Shown here piece after piece: positions 10,186-19,636 of a stretch of 64,000 nt of DNA. Each line of letters starts with the position of its first letter. Positions within the stretch are counted from its first letter, which is position 1. This DNA is from Aerobium aerolatum (GTDB lineage: Bacteria > Pseudomonadota > Alphaproteobacteria > Rhizobiales > Rhizobiaceae), in the NCBI GenBank assembly GCA_040391705.1, contig JBEBXE010000001.1, forward strand, positions 239 through 64,238. Reading direction: 5' to 3'. The notes under the pieces are model-generated. The model was not told the DNA's origin. It saw nothing but the letters and a program-made list of their open reading frames with translations, and ran no database searches. Made by a program: the position numbers and the translations under genes.

Positions 10186-11274
10186 TTAACGGGACATCTG
10201 ATGCAGCGGCACGTAGTCGTGCTCGTAGCCAAAGTAGCGGGGACCGACGAGTTCGAGCCCTGCCGGCGTCGCCCATTGCGGGTCGCAGGCCAGCCCGAGC
10301 ATGGTGACCCCAAGCCCGTAGCGCAGCTGCTCGGTGGTCACCGGCAGGCCGCCATCGGCGTCGAGCGCGCAGATCAGGTCCGGCGTCACCGCCAGCAGTT
10401 TGTCCTTGTCGTCGCGGCAGATCAGGAACTCGTTCTGGAACTCGACGTTGAACGTGCGTCCCTCGTCCGCGTCCATGCCCTTGAACACCGCCTTGCCGCG
10501 CGCGAAACCGCCGACGGTGCGCCGGTCGATATCGACCACACGCCCGCTGAACAGCCGCTTGGCGTCAAGCCGCTTCACCAGCGCCTCGACCGGGCTGCGG
10601 CTGGCCTTGCGCTCAGAGGCCATGATCTCGCCGATCTCCTTGATCAGCGACATCGAGCCGCGCAGGATGCCGCGCTTCACCTGCGCCCCGGTCATCGGAA
10701 ACAGCGCGACGAGTGCGGCGCCGCCCATCTCGACCGTCTGGCAGCGGGCCAGCCGCTCGGTCCACTTGTTCGAGATGGCGTTGATGACGGAGCTGTTGCC
10801 CTTGTCGTCGGCCAGCACCATCGGGGTGGCCGAGATGCCGTGGATCGTCAGCGTCACCATCTGCAGTTCGGGGAAGGCGCGGCCCATGCCGTCGCCGTCG
10901 ATCAGCGGCAGCCCGGTGGCGGCGGCAACCGCGAACGGAATGGTCGAATTCAGCCCACCCGCCTCGATGCAGATCAGCGCGTCGGCCTTGCGGCCGAGGA
11001 AGTTCTCAAGCTGCCGCAGCGCTTCGAGCGCTTCCTCGCCATTGGGCAGCTTCTCGATCATCACCGTCGGCGCGCCCATCATGCAGACGGGGATGCACAG
11101 CGCATCGTCCGCCAGCGCGTCGGCCGAAATGACCTCGACCGGCCCGTGCCGGGCGATCACCTGCTTGGCCATCAGCTTGCCGATATAGGGATCGCCGCCG
11201 CCGCCGGTGCCGAGAAACGCCCCGCCCAGCGCGATGGCGTCCATGTCGTCCGCAGTCACCGTGAACGAGGTCAT
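10186..11274 (-). CDS. DUF917-family protein, paralog 2
   Basis: LGTGGGGDP, MGAPTV, EAGGLN, DGDGMGRAFPELQM, FQNEFL, PDLI, TEQLRYG motifs. Confidence 0.88.
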   Translation of the reverse strand: MTSFTVTADDMDAIALGGAFLGTGGGGDPYIGKLMAKQVIARHGPVEVISADALADDALCIPVCMMGAPTVMIEKLPNGEEALEALRQLENFLGRKADALICIEAGGLNSTIPFAVAAATGLPLIDGDGMGRAFPELQMVTLTIHGISATPMVLADDKGNSSVINAISNKWTERLARCQTVEMGGAALVALFPMTGAQVKRGILRGSMSLIKEIGEIMASERKASRSPVEALVKRLDAKRLFSGRVVDIDRRTVGGFARGKAVFKGMDADEGRTFNVEFQNEFLICRDDKDKLLAVTPDLICALDADGGLPVTTEQLRYGLGVTMLGLACDPQWATPAGLELVGPRYFGYEHDYVPLHQMSR

Positions 11275-12389
11275 GCCGCACCTCCCTCGTCGCCGATCTT
11301 CATCGGCTTGAACACCAGATCGCCGAAGCCAAACCCCTTGGGGCCGACGACTTCGAGCGCCTCGGGGGTGCGCAGCAGCGGATGACACGGGATCGCCAGA
11401 ACCGCGACGCGTTGCCCGTAGCGCAGCATCTCGGTCGAGATCGCCTCGCCGCTGTCGGCGTCGAGAATGACGATCAGGTCCGGCACGATCACCTCAACCT
11501 CGCCATTGCGCGAGAAGATCAGGAACTCGTTCTGGATATGCACCGCCGCCTCGTCGCCCTCATAGCGCTCGAAGCCCCGGATGATCGCCTCGCCGCGGAC
11601 GAAGCCGCCGGCCAGATGCCGCTTCAGATCGGTGATCTTGCCGCGGAAGACGACCTTGCCGTCCTCGCTGTCGCAGATCGCCGCGACCGGATCACGATGG
11701 TCGCGCCGCGCATCCAGCACCGCATTCCCGAGCGAAATCGCCTTGGTGTAGGAGTGCGGAATGGCAAAGCGCTTGACGAACTCGCCCAACATCGGCGCGC
11801 TCGCCAATGTCGAGGCCCCGCCCTGCGACACGACGCAGGCGCGCGCCATGCGCTCATGCCACAGTTCCGAGATCGCATGGTCGAAGATGACGATATTGCC
11901 GTGCGGGTCGCACATGACGCTGGGCGTCGAGCGATGGCCGTAGATGGCATAGCTCGTCATCTGCATTTCCGGGAAGGCGCGGCCCATGCCGTCGCAGTCG
12001 ACGACCGGCAGCCCGGCCATGGCGGCCGCAACCAGCGGTTCCATCGAGTTCTGGCCGCCGATCTCCTCGCAGGCGATGGCATCGACCTTGATGCCGAGCC
12101 GTTCTTCCAGCGCCCGCACGCAGCGCAAACCCTCGCGGCCTTCCTTGATACGCTCATGCGAGACCAGCGGCGCGCCGATCCCGCCCATGGCAACGACGCG
12201 CGCGTCGTCCGGCAGGCTTTCGAGCGGGATGATCTCCATCACATGGCCCTCGCGCAGCGCCTGGCGCACGCGCAATTTGCCGATATAGGGATTGCCGCCG
12301 CCACCGGTGCCGAGGATGCCGGAACCTATCTCCAGCGCGTCGAGCATCGATTCATCGAGACGCCATCTGTCCTGGGTGCGCTCAAGCAT
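11271..12389 (-). CDS. DUF917-family protein, paralog 1
   Basis: LGTGGGGNP, IGAP, EIGGQN, DCDGMGRAFPEMQM, IQNEFL, PDLI, TEMLRYG motifs. ATG 12389 overlaps the upstream stop. Confidence 0.88.
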   Translation of the reverse strand: MLERTQDRWRLDESMLDALEIGSGILGTGGGGNPYIGKLRVRQALREGHVMEIIPLESLPDDARVVAMGGIGAPLVSHERIKEGREGLRCVRALEERLGIKVDAIACEEIGGQNSMEPLVAAAMAGLPVVDCDGMGRAFPEMQMTSYAIYGHRSTPSVMCDPHGNIVIFDHAISELWHERMARACVVSQGGASTLASAPMLGEFVKRFAIPHSYTKAISLGNAVLDARRDHRDPVAAICDSEDGKVVFRGKITDLKRHLAGGFVRGEAIIRGFERYEGDEAAVHIQNEFLIFSRNGEVEVIVPDLIVILDADSGEAISTEMLRYGQRVAVLAIPCHPLLRTPEALEVVGPKGFGFGDLVFKPMKIGDEGGAA

Positions 12390-13938
12390 CGTAGCCCCCC
12401 ATCTCTCCGACGACTTTGACATGGATGCGCGTGGCGTTGCCGGGCAGATAGGCCAGCGGCACATCCTCGCGCTCGATGGTTTCGATCGTCGCCGGGTTGG
12501 CGCCGGAACGGATCGCCTTCTCGCGCGCTTCGTCTTCCGCCTGCTTGAGGCAGATCTCGCGCGTCAGTCCCTTTTCAAGCGAGTAGATGCGATCGACCTC
12601 GCCGCTGATCTGGGCGATCGCCGCGCCGACGGCGTTGGCGACGGAGAAATTCTCCGGACGGATGACGGTCAGGTCGCCGATCCGGTCGGGCATCAGGATC
12701 GAGCCGCCGCCGACCGCGATCACCGGGATCGGGTCCGGCGACAGCCGGGTGCGCTCGATGGCGCGTTCCAGCATCCGCGTCACCGCCTCGCGCGCCGCTT
12801 CGAGAAGTGCCGGATCGAGGTTGGCGACTTTCGACGCATCGCCCACCGACGCTTCGCCGCGTGCCACGGCAACGTCGGTCGCAGTCAGCGTATCGCCGCC
12901 GAAGACGCGCGCCTCGGTGGCGATGCGATAGCCCACCGATTGCGGGCCAACCGTCACCACATCCCCCTTCTGGCGCACCAGCGACCCGCCGCCGAGGCCG
13001 ATCGAGAACACGTCAGGCATGCGGAAATTGGTACGCACGCCGCCGATGTCGACCACCGTTGCCGCCTGGCGCGGGAAGCCGTGTTGCAGCGAGCCGATGT
13101 CGGTGGTCGTGCCGCCGATATCGACGACGATGCCGTCGCGCACACCGGTCAGGAACGCCGCGCCGCGCATCGAGTTGGTGGGGCCGGAGGCGAATGTCAG
13201 CACCGGGAAGCGCTTGACCACGTCCGCGCCCATCAGCGTGCCGTCGTTCTGGGTAATGAAGAACGGGCAGTTGAGCCCCGCCGACTTCAGCGCCTCGGCG
13301 AAGGCTTCGACGGTGCGCGCGCTGAGCTGGAGCAGGCTGGCATTCATCACCGCCGCGCTCTCGCGTTCGAGCAGGCCGATGCGGCCGATCTCGCTCGACA
13401 GAACGACGGGAATGTCGGGGCATTTGCGCAGAAGCCGCGCGCGCGCCTCTTCTTCCATCGTCGCGTTGATCGGGCCGAAGACCGAGGTGATCGCGACCGC
13501 GCCGATGCGCTTGGCGTTGATGTCGTCAGCGATGCGGTCGATCTCGTCGAGGTCGAGCGGCGCAATCTCACGCCCGTCGAACTCATAACCGCCGCGCACC
13601 AGATAGCCGTGGCCGCCGACCGCCTCGCGCAGATCGTCGGGCCAGTCGACCATCGGCGGCAGGCAGGCCGTCGCCGGCAGGCCGAGACGGATCGCGGCCA
13701 CCGGGTTGATGTGGCGACGCTCGATCACCGCATTGGTGAAATGCGTCGTGCCGATCATCACATTGGTGATCTTGGCGCGGTCCACGCCGGCCTTGGAAAT
13801 TGCCGCTTCCATGGCCTCGAGCACGCCGGAGGTCACGTCCGCCGTGGTCGGCGCCTTGACGCCCGACAGCACATCGCGGCCATGCATGATCACCGCATCG
13901 GTATTCGTGCCGCCGACATCGATCCCTAGACGATACAT
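12382..13938 (-). CDS. Hydantoinase/oxoprolinase (HyuA-like) ATP-binding protein
   Basis: GIDVGGTNTD, GTTHFTNA, QNDGT, FASGPTNS, VDIGGTTTD, GLGGGS, ANAVGAA motifs. Confidence 0.9.
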   Translation of the reverse strand: MYRLGIDVGGTNTDAVIMHGRDVLSGVKAPTTADVTSGVLEAMEAAISKAGVDRAKITNVMIGTTHFTNAVIERRHINPVAAIRLGLPATACLPPMVDWPDDLREAVGGHGYLVRGGYEFDGREIAPLDLDEIDRIADDINAKRIGAVAITSVFGPINATMEEEARARLLRKCPDIPVVLSSEIGRIGLLERESAAVMNASLLQLSARTVEAFAEALKSAGLNCPFFITQNDGTLMGADVVKRFPVLTFASGPTNSMRGAAFLTGVRDGIVVDIGGTTTDIGSLQHGFPRQAATVVDIGGVRTNFRMPDVFSIGLGGGSLVRQKGDVVTVGPQSVGYRIATEARVFGGDTLTATDVAVARGEASVGDASKVANLDPALLEAAREAVTRMLERAIERTRLSPDPIPVIAVGGGSILMPDRIGDLTVIRPENFSVANAVGAAIAQISGEVDRIYSLEKGLTREICLKQAEDEAREKAIRSGANPATIETIEREDVPLAYLPGNATRIHVKVVGEMGGYDA

Positions 13939-13967
13939 TGTGTTGTCCTGCCTTTCTGGTCTTGTTC

Positions 13968-15647
13968 TCAGGCCGCGGTGTCGACGAGATAACGCCTGCG
14001 CTCTTCGTCGCTCACGCGGGGTTTGCGTGCTTCTTCCTCGTCGCTGATGACCGGAACAGCGGCGATCAGGGCGCGGGTGTAGGGGTGTTGCGGGTTGTCG
14101 AAAACGTCGCGCGGCTCGCCCGCCTCGACGATCTCGCCGCGCAGCATGATGGCGATGCGGCTGCAGAAATTGCGCATCAGCGACAGGTCGTGCGAGATGA
14201 ACAAATAGGTCAGGCCCAGTTCCTCGCGCAGCCGGGTCAACAGCGCGATGACGTTCTTCTGCACCGACACATCGAGCGCCGAGGTCGGCTCGTCGAGCAC
14301 GATGATCTCCGGATCGACCGCAAGGGCGCGCGCGATGGCGACGCGCTGCTTCTGGCCGCCGGACAATTCGTGCGGATATTTGCCGACATAGCTGGCCGAC
14401 AGGTCGACCAGGCGCAGCAGCTCCACGATCCTGTCGTCCAGCGCTTTGCCACGGAGGCCGGCGAAAACCAGCGGCACGCGCAGGGTCTGGCCGACGGTGC
14501 GTTTCGGGTTCAGCGAGGTGCCGGGGTTCTGGTAGACGATCTGGATCTTGCGACGGAAGGCATCGCTGCCGCGCTCGTCCTCGACCGCCTTGCCATCGAC
14601 GGTGACGGACCCTGACGTGACGCTGGCCAGCCCCATGATCATGCGCGCCACCGTGGTCTTGCCGGAGCCGGATTCGCCGGCCAGCCCGAACACTTCGCCG
14701 CGCCGCACCGAGAGCGTCACGTCGGAAACGGCGACATGGCGCGTCGCCTTGCCGATCAGCGGCCTCTGCTCGAACACCTTGGTGACGCCGCCCATCTCGA
14801 TGATCGGGTCGGCCTCGGCCGGCTTCTGGTCCTCGACCTTCGCCCCGTAAAGCGGCGGGATCGCGTCGATGAGCTGGCGCGTATAGGGCTGGCGCGGATT
14901 GGTGAAGATCTCGGCGAGGCTGCCATTCTCGACGATCTCGCCATGGCGCATGACATAGACGTCGTCGGCCATCTGCCGCACGACGCCGAGATTGTGGGTG
15001 ATCATCAGCAGCGACAGGCCGTTGTCGGCCACCAGCCGGTTGATCAGCTTCATGATCTCGTCCTGCGTCGTCACGTCGAGCGCGGTGCCCGGCTCGTCGG
15101 CAATCAGCAGGTCGGGCTGGTGCAACAGCGACAAAGCGATCAGCACACGCTGGCGCATGCCGCCGGACAACTGCGCCGGGTAGGCAGCAACAATGCGCTT
15201 CGGATCGTCCAGCTGCACCTTGCGCAGCACATCGAAAATCCGCTGGCCGCGTTCCGCCGCGCTGCTCTGCCGGCCAAGACGCCGGTCGGCGTAGTACATC
15301 ACGTCATTGAGATGGCGGCCGATCTTGAACACCGGATTGAACGACGACAACGGGTCCTGCATGATGATCGAGAACGCCGTGCCCTTGAGGGCATCGCGGC
15401 GTCCGCGCGGCATATCCAGCACGTTGTCGCCGCGAAACAGGATTTCGCCGCCTTCGATCCGCGCATTGCCCGGCAGCGTGCCGAGGATCGCCTTGCTCGT
15501 CACCGATTTTCCCGACCCGGTCTCGCCGATCAGCGCAACGCGCCCGCCCTGCGGCACCGACAGCGTCACGTCCTTGAGCACGTGGTGACGGCGGCCATAG
15601 GTGTTGAAGGCAACGTTGAGGCCGGTGACGTGGAGCAATTGGGTCAT
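13968..15647 (-). CDS. Peptide-type ABC transporter ATP-binding protein (two fused ATPase domains)
   Basis: Two Walker A motifs (GETGSGKS, GESGSGKT), two LSGG signatures, HPYT tail. Start MTQLL at 15647. Confidence 0.93.
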   Translation of the reverse strand: MTQLLHVTGLNVAFNTYGRRHHVLKDVTLSVPQGGRVALIGETGSGKSVTSKAILGTLPGNARIEGGEILFRGDNVLDMPRGRRDALKGTAFSIIMQDPLSSFNPVFKIGRHLNDVMYYADRRLGRQSSAAERGQRIFDVLRKVQLDDPKRIVAAYPAQLSGGMRQRVLIALSLLHQPDLLIADEPGTALDVTTQDEIMKLINRLVADNGLSLLMITHNLGVVRQMADDVYVMRHGEIVENGSLAEIFTNPRQPYTRQLIDAIPPLYGAKVEDQKPAEADPIIEMGGVTKVFEQRPLIGKATRHVAVSDVTLSVRRGEVFGLAGESGSGKTTVARMIMGLASVTSGSVTVDGKAVEDERGSDAFRRKIQIVYQNPGTSLNPKRTVGQTLRVPLVFAGLRGKALDDRIVELLRLVDLSASYVGKYPHELSGGQKQRVAIARALAVDPEIIVLDEPTSALDVSVQKNVIALLTRLREELGLTYLFISHDLSLMRNFCSRIAIMLRGEIVEAGEPRDVFDNPQHPYTRALIAAVPVISDEEEARKPRVSDEERRRYLVDTAA

Positions 15648-15649
15648 CG

Positions 15650-16525
15650 TCACACCTCCACGTCGAACATGTCGCGCAGGCCGTCGCCCAGCAGGTTGAA
15701 GCCGAGCGTGGCGTAGAAAATGGCAAAGCCCGGTGCGAGCACCCCCCACCACATCTCCGGCAGGAATTGGCGTCCGTCGGCAACCATCGAGCCGAGGTCC
15801 GGTGTCGGCGGCTTCACGCCGAGGCCGAGGAACGAGAGGGTCGCGCCAAACAGGATGACGAAGGCAGCGTCGAGCGTCGTCTTGACCGAGATGACCGAGA
15901 TGCAGTTCGGCAGGATTTCGCGGGTGAGCACATGCCAGTGGCTGGCGCCGGCGAGCCGTGCCGCCTCGACGAAGTCTTCCGCCGCAATCGATTTCGACAC
16001 GCGGTAGACGAGCCGCGCATGCCAGGTCCACCACAACAGCGTGATCGCGATCATGGCGTTGACGAGGTTGGGCTCCAGCACGTTGCCGACGGCCAGCGCC
16101 ATCACCAGCGGCGGGATCGCCAGCATGACATTGGTCAGGCCGGTAATGATGCGCTCGGTCCAGCCGCCGAAATACCCTGCCGCCAGCCCCAGAGCCGCCC
16201 CCAGCGGCACCGCGACGGCCAGCACGCCGACGACGAGCAGCAGCGACACCCGGAAACCGTAGATGACGCGGGTGAGGATATCGCGCCCGACCTTGTCGGT
16301 GCCGAGCCAGTAGGTGAGGTCCGGGGCCGAATGGCGGACGCGGAAATTGACCGCAGCGCCGGTATGCTCGGGAAACGGAACGATCAGCGGTGCCAGCACG
16401 GCAACCAGCACCACGGAGATCACCATCAGCGCCCCGACGATCGCGGTCGGATTGCGCGTGAAGCGATACCACGCCATGTAGCGTGGCGTCAGCGCTTCCA
16501 ACTCGTGGGTGGCTTCAGTCGCCAT
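15650..16525 (-). CDS. ABC transporter permease (DppC-like)
   Basis: LGTDKVGRDILTRVIYG, EAARLAGAS, FNLLGDGLRD. Start MATEA at 16525. Confidence 0.93.
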   Translation of the reverse strand: MATEATHELEALTPRYMAWYRFTRNPTAIVGALMVISVVLVAVLAPLIVPFPEHTGAAVNFRVRHSAPDLTYWLGTDKVGRDILTRVIYGFRVSLLLVVGVLAVAVPLGAALGLAAGYFGGWTERIITGLTNVMLAIPPLVMALAVGNVLEPNLVNAMIAITLLWWTWHARLVYRVSKSIAAEDFVEAARLAGASHWHVLTREILPNCISVISVKTTLDAAFVILFGATLSFLGLGVKPPTPDLGSMVADGRQFLPEMWWGVLAPGFAIFYATLGFNLLGDGLRDMFDVEV

Positions 16526-17553
16526 CAGCGTGCCTCCTTCAGCCGCAGACGCGGGTCGAGCATGAGCAGAATGACGTCGACGATGATGTTGGCGACGATG
16601 AAGAACAGCCCCGACAACAGCACCACGCCCATCACCGCGTTGAGGTCCTTCTGCAGGATCGCGTTGAGCCCGTAGGACGCAAAGCCGCCCCACGAGAACA
16701 CCAGCTCGACGACGAAGGCGTTGCCGATAAGCGAGGCGAATTCCAGCCCCATGATGGTCAGCGGCGCGATCGACGACAGCTTCAGGAGATAGCGGAAGGT
16801 GATCACCCGGTCCGGCACGCCGAAGGATTGCAGCGTCAGCACATGGTCGCGGCGCTGGTTCTCGATCATCGCCGAGCGGGTGATGCGGGTGATCTGGCCA
16901 ATGCCCGACATGGCAAGCGCCAGCGCGGGAAACAGGATGTGCTTGAAGGCGTCGACGAAGACGTCGAACCGGCCATGCACCAGCGAGTCGACCAGCAGCA
17001 GGCCGGTGGGCGATTTCGGTGCGGCAAGCGTGTGATCGATGCGGCCGATGATCGGCCAGTCGGTCAGGAAATAGGCGGCAAAGAGTTGCAGCAGGATGGC
17101 GAACAGGAAGCTCGGCATCGTGACGCCGACAATCGAGAAGAACCGGCCGGCATTGTCGATCCAGCTGTTGCGGTAGCGCGCGGTGATGACGCCGAGCGGA
17201 ATGGCGATCACGGCCATCATGATGACCGTCACCAGCACCAGTTCCAGCGTCGCCGGCAGAAGTGCGGCGATCTCCGTGGTGACCGCGCGGCCCGAGATCA
17301 GCGAGCGCCCGAGATCGCCTTGCAAGGCGTTGGTGACATAGGTGAAATACTGCTCGACCAGCGGGCGGTCGAGGCCCATCTGCCCCCGCATGGCGTCGAC
17401 CTGTTCCTGCGAGGCGCTGGGGCCGAGCGCGATGCGCGCGGGGTCGCCGGGCACGACGCGGGCAAGGATGAAGATCATCAGGGACAGCACGAACAGCACG
17501 CCGACGAAGCCGACGATCCGCTTTGCAAAGGTGTAGAGATAGTTCTCCTGCAT
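16525..17553 (-). CDS. ABC transporter permease (DppB-like)
   Basis: VPGDPA, GLDRPL, GDLGRS, PATLEL, DPRLR. Confidence 0.93.
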   Translation of the reverse strand: MQENYLYTFAKRIVGFVGVLFVLSLMIFILARVVPGDPARIALGPSASQEQVDAMRGQMGLDRPLVEQYFTYVTNALQGDLGRSLISGRAVTTEIAALLPATLELVLVTVIMMAVIAIPLGVITARYRNSWIDNAGRFFSIVGVTMPSFLFAILLQLFAAYFLTDWPIIGRIDHTLAAPKSPTGLLLVDSLVHGRFDVFVDAFKHILFPALALAMSGIGQITRITRSAMIENQRRDHVLTLQSFGVPDRVITFRYLLKLSSIAPLTIMGLEFASLIGNAFVVELVFSWGGFASYGLNAILQKDLNAVMGVVLLSGLFFIVANIIVDVILLMLDPRLRLKEAR

Positions 17554-17685
17554 CCGACACCGATCCCCTGAGGTGCCGCGCCTCTAGATGGGCACGGTCT
17601 TTACTCAGCTCATCCTGCGGCCGCGTGGCGGCACGCTTCAATGCTACAGAGGTCTAGGTTTCGACAAATCTGGTATAGGTTTTTC

Positions 17686-19590
17686 TCAAAGCCACCCCAG
17701 CGCGCGGGCGCTGGAAATTGCTTCGGCGCGCTTTCGGCAGGCCATCTTCCTGTAGATATTGGTCAGGTGAAACTTCACCGTCACCTCGGAAAGCCGCAGC
17801 TGGCGCGCCACGAATTTGTTGGTCGCGCCTTCCGCCACCAGCCGCAGCACGCGCAGTTCCTGCCCGGTCAGCGGCGTGCTTTCGGTCTCCCGCCGCGGCA
17901 GGAAGCCGTGCAGCTTGCGGATCGTCGCCCGGCGCTCCGGCGTCGACATGACGTGGCCCGCGATCCGCTTGTCGTCGAGCAGCACATCGATGAAACCGAT
18001 CTCGCCGAGCAGATGGGTGACAATGCCGATGCGCGCGATGTCGTCCAGCAGTTCCGACAGCAGGTGGCGTGCGCGGGTGACGTCGCGGTGCACGCGCGCC
18101 AGATAGGCGGCCCACAGCCGCAACCGGCCCCGGTCGCGCTCGCCGACATGTTCGTTGCGCAACAGCGCCTCGACCTGGTCGCGCAGGAGCGGGCGGCGCG
18201 GAAGATGCTGGATGAGATGGCGCAGCCACGCGATGGCGAGGTCGATCTCGATCGGGTCGACAAGGCGCGACAGGGCCTCTTCCGCCGTTTCGATCCAGGT
18301 GAGGTTGATGCGCGATTGCATCGCCATCAGCCGGTCGGCCGCCGACTGCCAGCGGTTGGCGTTCTGCAGCAGGTCGACCTCGCGCATGGTGATCGCAAGG
18401 TTGAAGCGGCGCGACCGCCACTCCTGCACCCGCCATTTGTCGAGAAAGCTGATCGCAGCGCCAAGCCCGACCTGACGGCTGACGACCTGCGAGCAATAGA
18501 CCAGCGCTACCTCGACCACGGTCGGCCAGACCTCGCCATAGGCAAACTTGTCGAATTCCTCGTCAATGAAGCGCACCAGCGGCTCGGGCATGCCTTTCTC
18601 ATAGGCGACGACGCCATCGAGAAGGTTGAGCAGCCGCCGGTCGGCAGCGGCATCGAAGCTGACCTTGTCGAGCGCCTGCCGCGCCTGCGCCACCCAGTGC
18701 TCGGCCGGGCCCAGCATGCCGCGCCGGAGCGAAAACACCGCCCGGTGCAGTTCGATATAGAACACCAGCAGATGGGCCTGCGCCTCGCCGTAATGGTGGC
18801 GCGCGCGTTGGGCGACCTCTTCCGCCTCGTTGAACTCCTGCCGCTGCAGGCAGACCGCCAGCATGGCGTTGTAGAAACTGCCGCGATGCAGGTGATCGTC
18901 GATCGGCAACTCCGCCAGCATGTCGAAAAGCAGCGCCCGCAATTCGTTCGAGACGGCGTAATCCTCATAGATCGCCATCAGGAAACGGAACTGTCGCACG
19001 GCCAGAGAGAACCCCTCCGCGTTGCGGATCACCATCTCGAGGCTATGCATCTGCTCGCCGAACCGTCGCACCATCAGGAAGCGCGCATGGGCGACATTGC
19101 CGGCCTTCAGCGCATGCATGGCGAGCGCCAGCGTCAGCGTTTCCTCGGTATCCACCATCTCCTTGGGAAAACGGTTGAGCACCTCAAGACACGCGTCGGT
19201 GCCATGGAAATGAATGAAGTAGAGGCCGCCGTTCTCTACGAACAGCGACAGCGCGCGGTGATCGTCGCCGCGTTCCTGCGCAGCGATGATCTCGGCGACC
19301 GGGTCGGCGTCGCCGCGCCGCCGCGTCGTGCCGGTAGCGGCGATGTCGTGCAACAGGGAGGCTGCGTCGGTGGACGCGGCGGCCAGTTCCCGCGCCTCGG
19401 TGCGGTAGACGACGATGCTGCCAAGCCGCGACGCCAGACGTTGCGCTGCGCCATGCCCCCGGCTCGAGACCGTCAGGACCGGTGCGGCGAGATTGTCCAC
19501 CGTCCCGCAGAGCCGCAACAGCAGCCGGCGTTCGTCCTGCGGAAGCAGGCCGATCAGGTCAGCGATCATGGTCGAGAGCGGCTGGCGCAT
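17686..19590 (-). CDS. Large LuxR-family regulator (helical sensor region + C-terminal HTH)
   Basis: C-terminal LTGQELRVLRLVAEGATNKFVARQLRLSEVTVKFHLTNIYRKM LuxR HTH. Start uncertain (19590 or 19569). Confidence 0.85.
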   Translation of the reverse strand: MRQPLSTMIADLIGLLPQDERRLLLRLCGTVDNLAAPVLTVSSRGHGAAQRLASRLGSIVVYRTEARELAAASTDAASLLHDIAATGTTRRRGDADPVAEIIAAQERGDDHRALSLFVENGGLYFIHFHGTDACLEVLNRFPKEMVDTEETLTLALAMHALKAGNVAHARFLMVRRFGEQMHSLEMVIRNAEGFSLAVRQFRFLMAIYEDYAVSNELRALLFDMLAELPIDDHLHRGSFYNAMLAVCLQRQEFNEAEEVAQRARHHYGEAQAHLLVFYIELHRAVFSLRRGMLGPAEHWVAQARQALDKVSFDAAADRRLLNLLDGVVAYEKGMPEPLVRFIDEEFDKFAYGEVWPTVVEVALVYCSQVVSRQVGLGAAISFLDKWRVQEWRSRRFNLAITMREVDLLQNANRWQSAADRLMAMQSRINLTWIETAEEALSRLVDPIEIDLAIAWLRHLIQHLPRRPLLRDQVEALLRNEHVGERDRGRLRLWAAYLARVHRDVTRARHLLSELLDDIARIGIVTHLLGEIGFIDVLLDDKRIAGHVMSTPERRATIRKLHGFLPRRETESTPLTGQELRVLRLVAEGATNKFVARQLRLSEVTVKFHLTNIYRKMACRKRAEAISSARALGWL

Positions 19591-19636
19591 CGCCAACGAT
19601 ATAGCCCGCCCCGCCGCCCGCGCAAGTTTCACACCT

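Noticed and set aside
13968-16472. Apparent fusion-length ORFs (834 aa here; also 39084-41702, 42685-45273, 60736-62352, 3284-4717)
   Set aside because: N-terminal extensions run through the neighbouring gene in another frame. Downstream starts with RBS or overlap give normal sizes.
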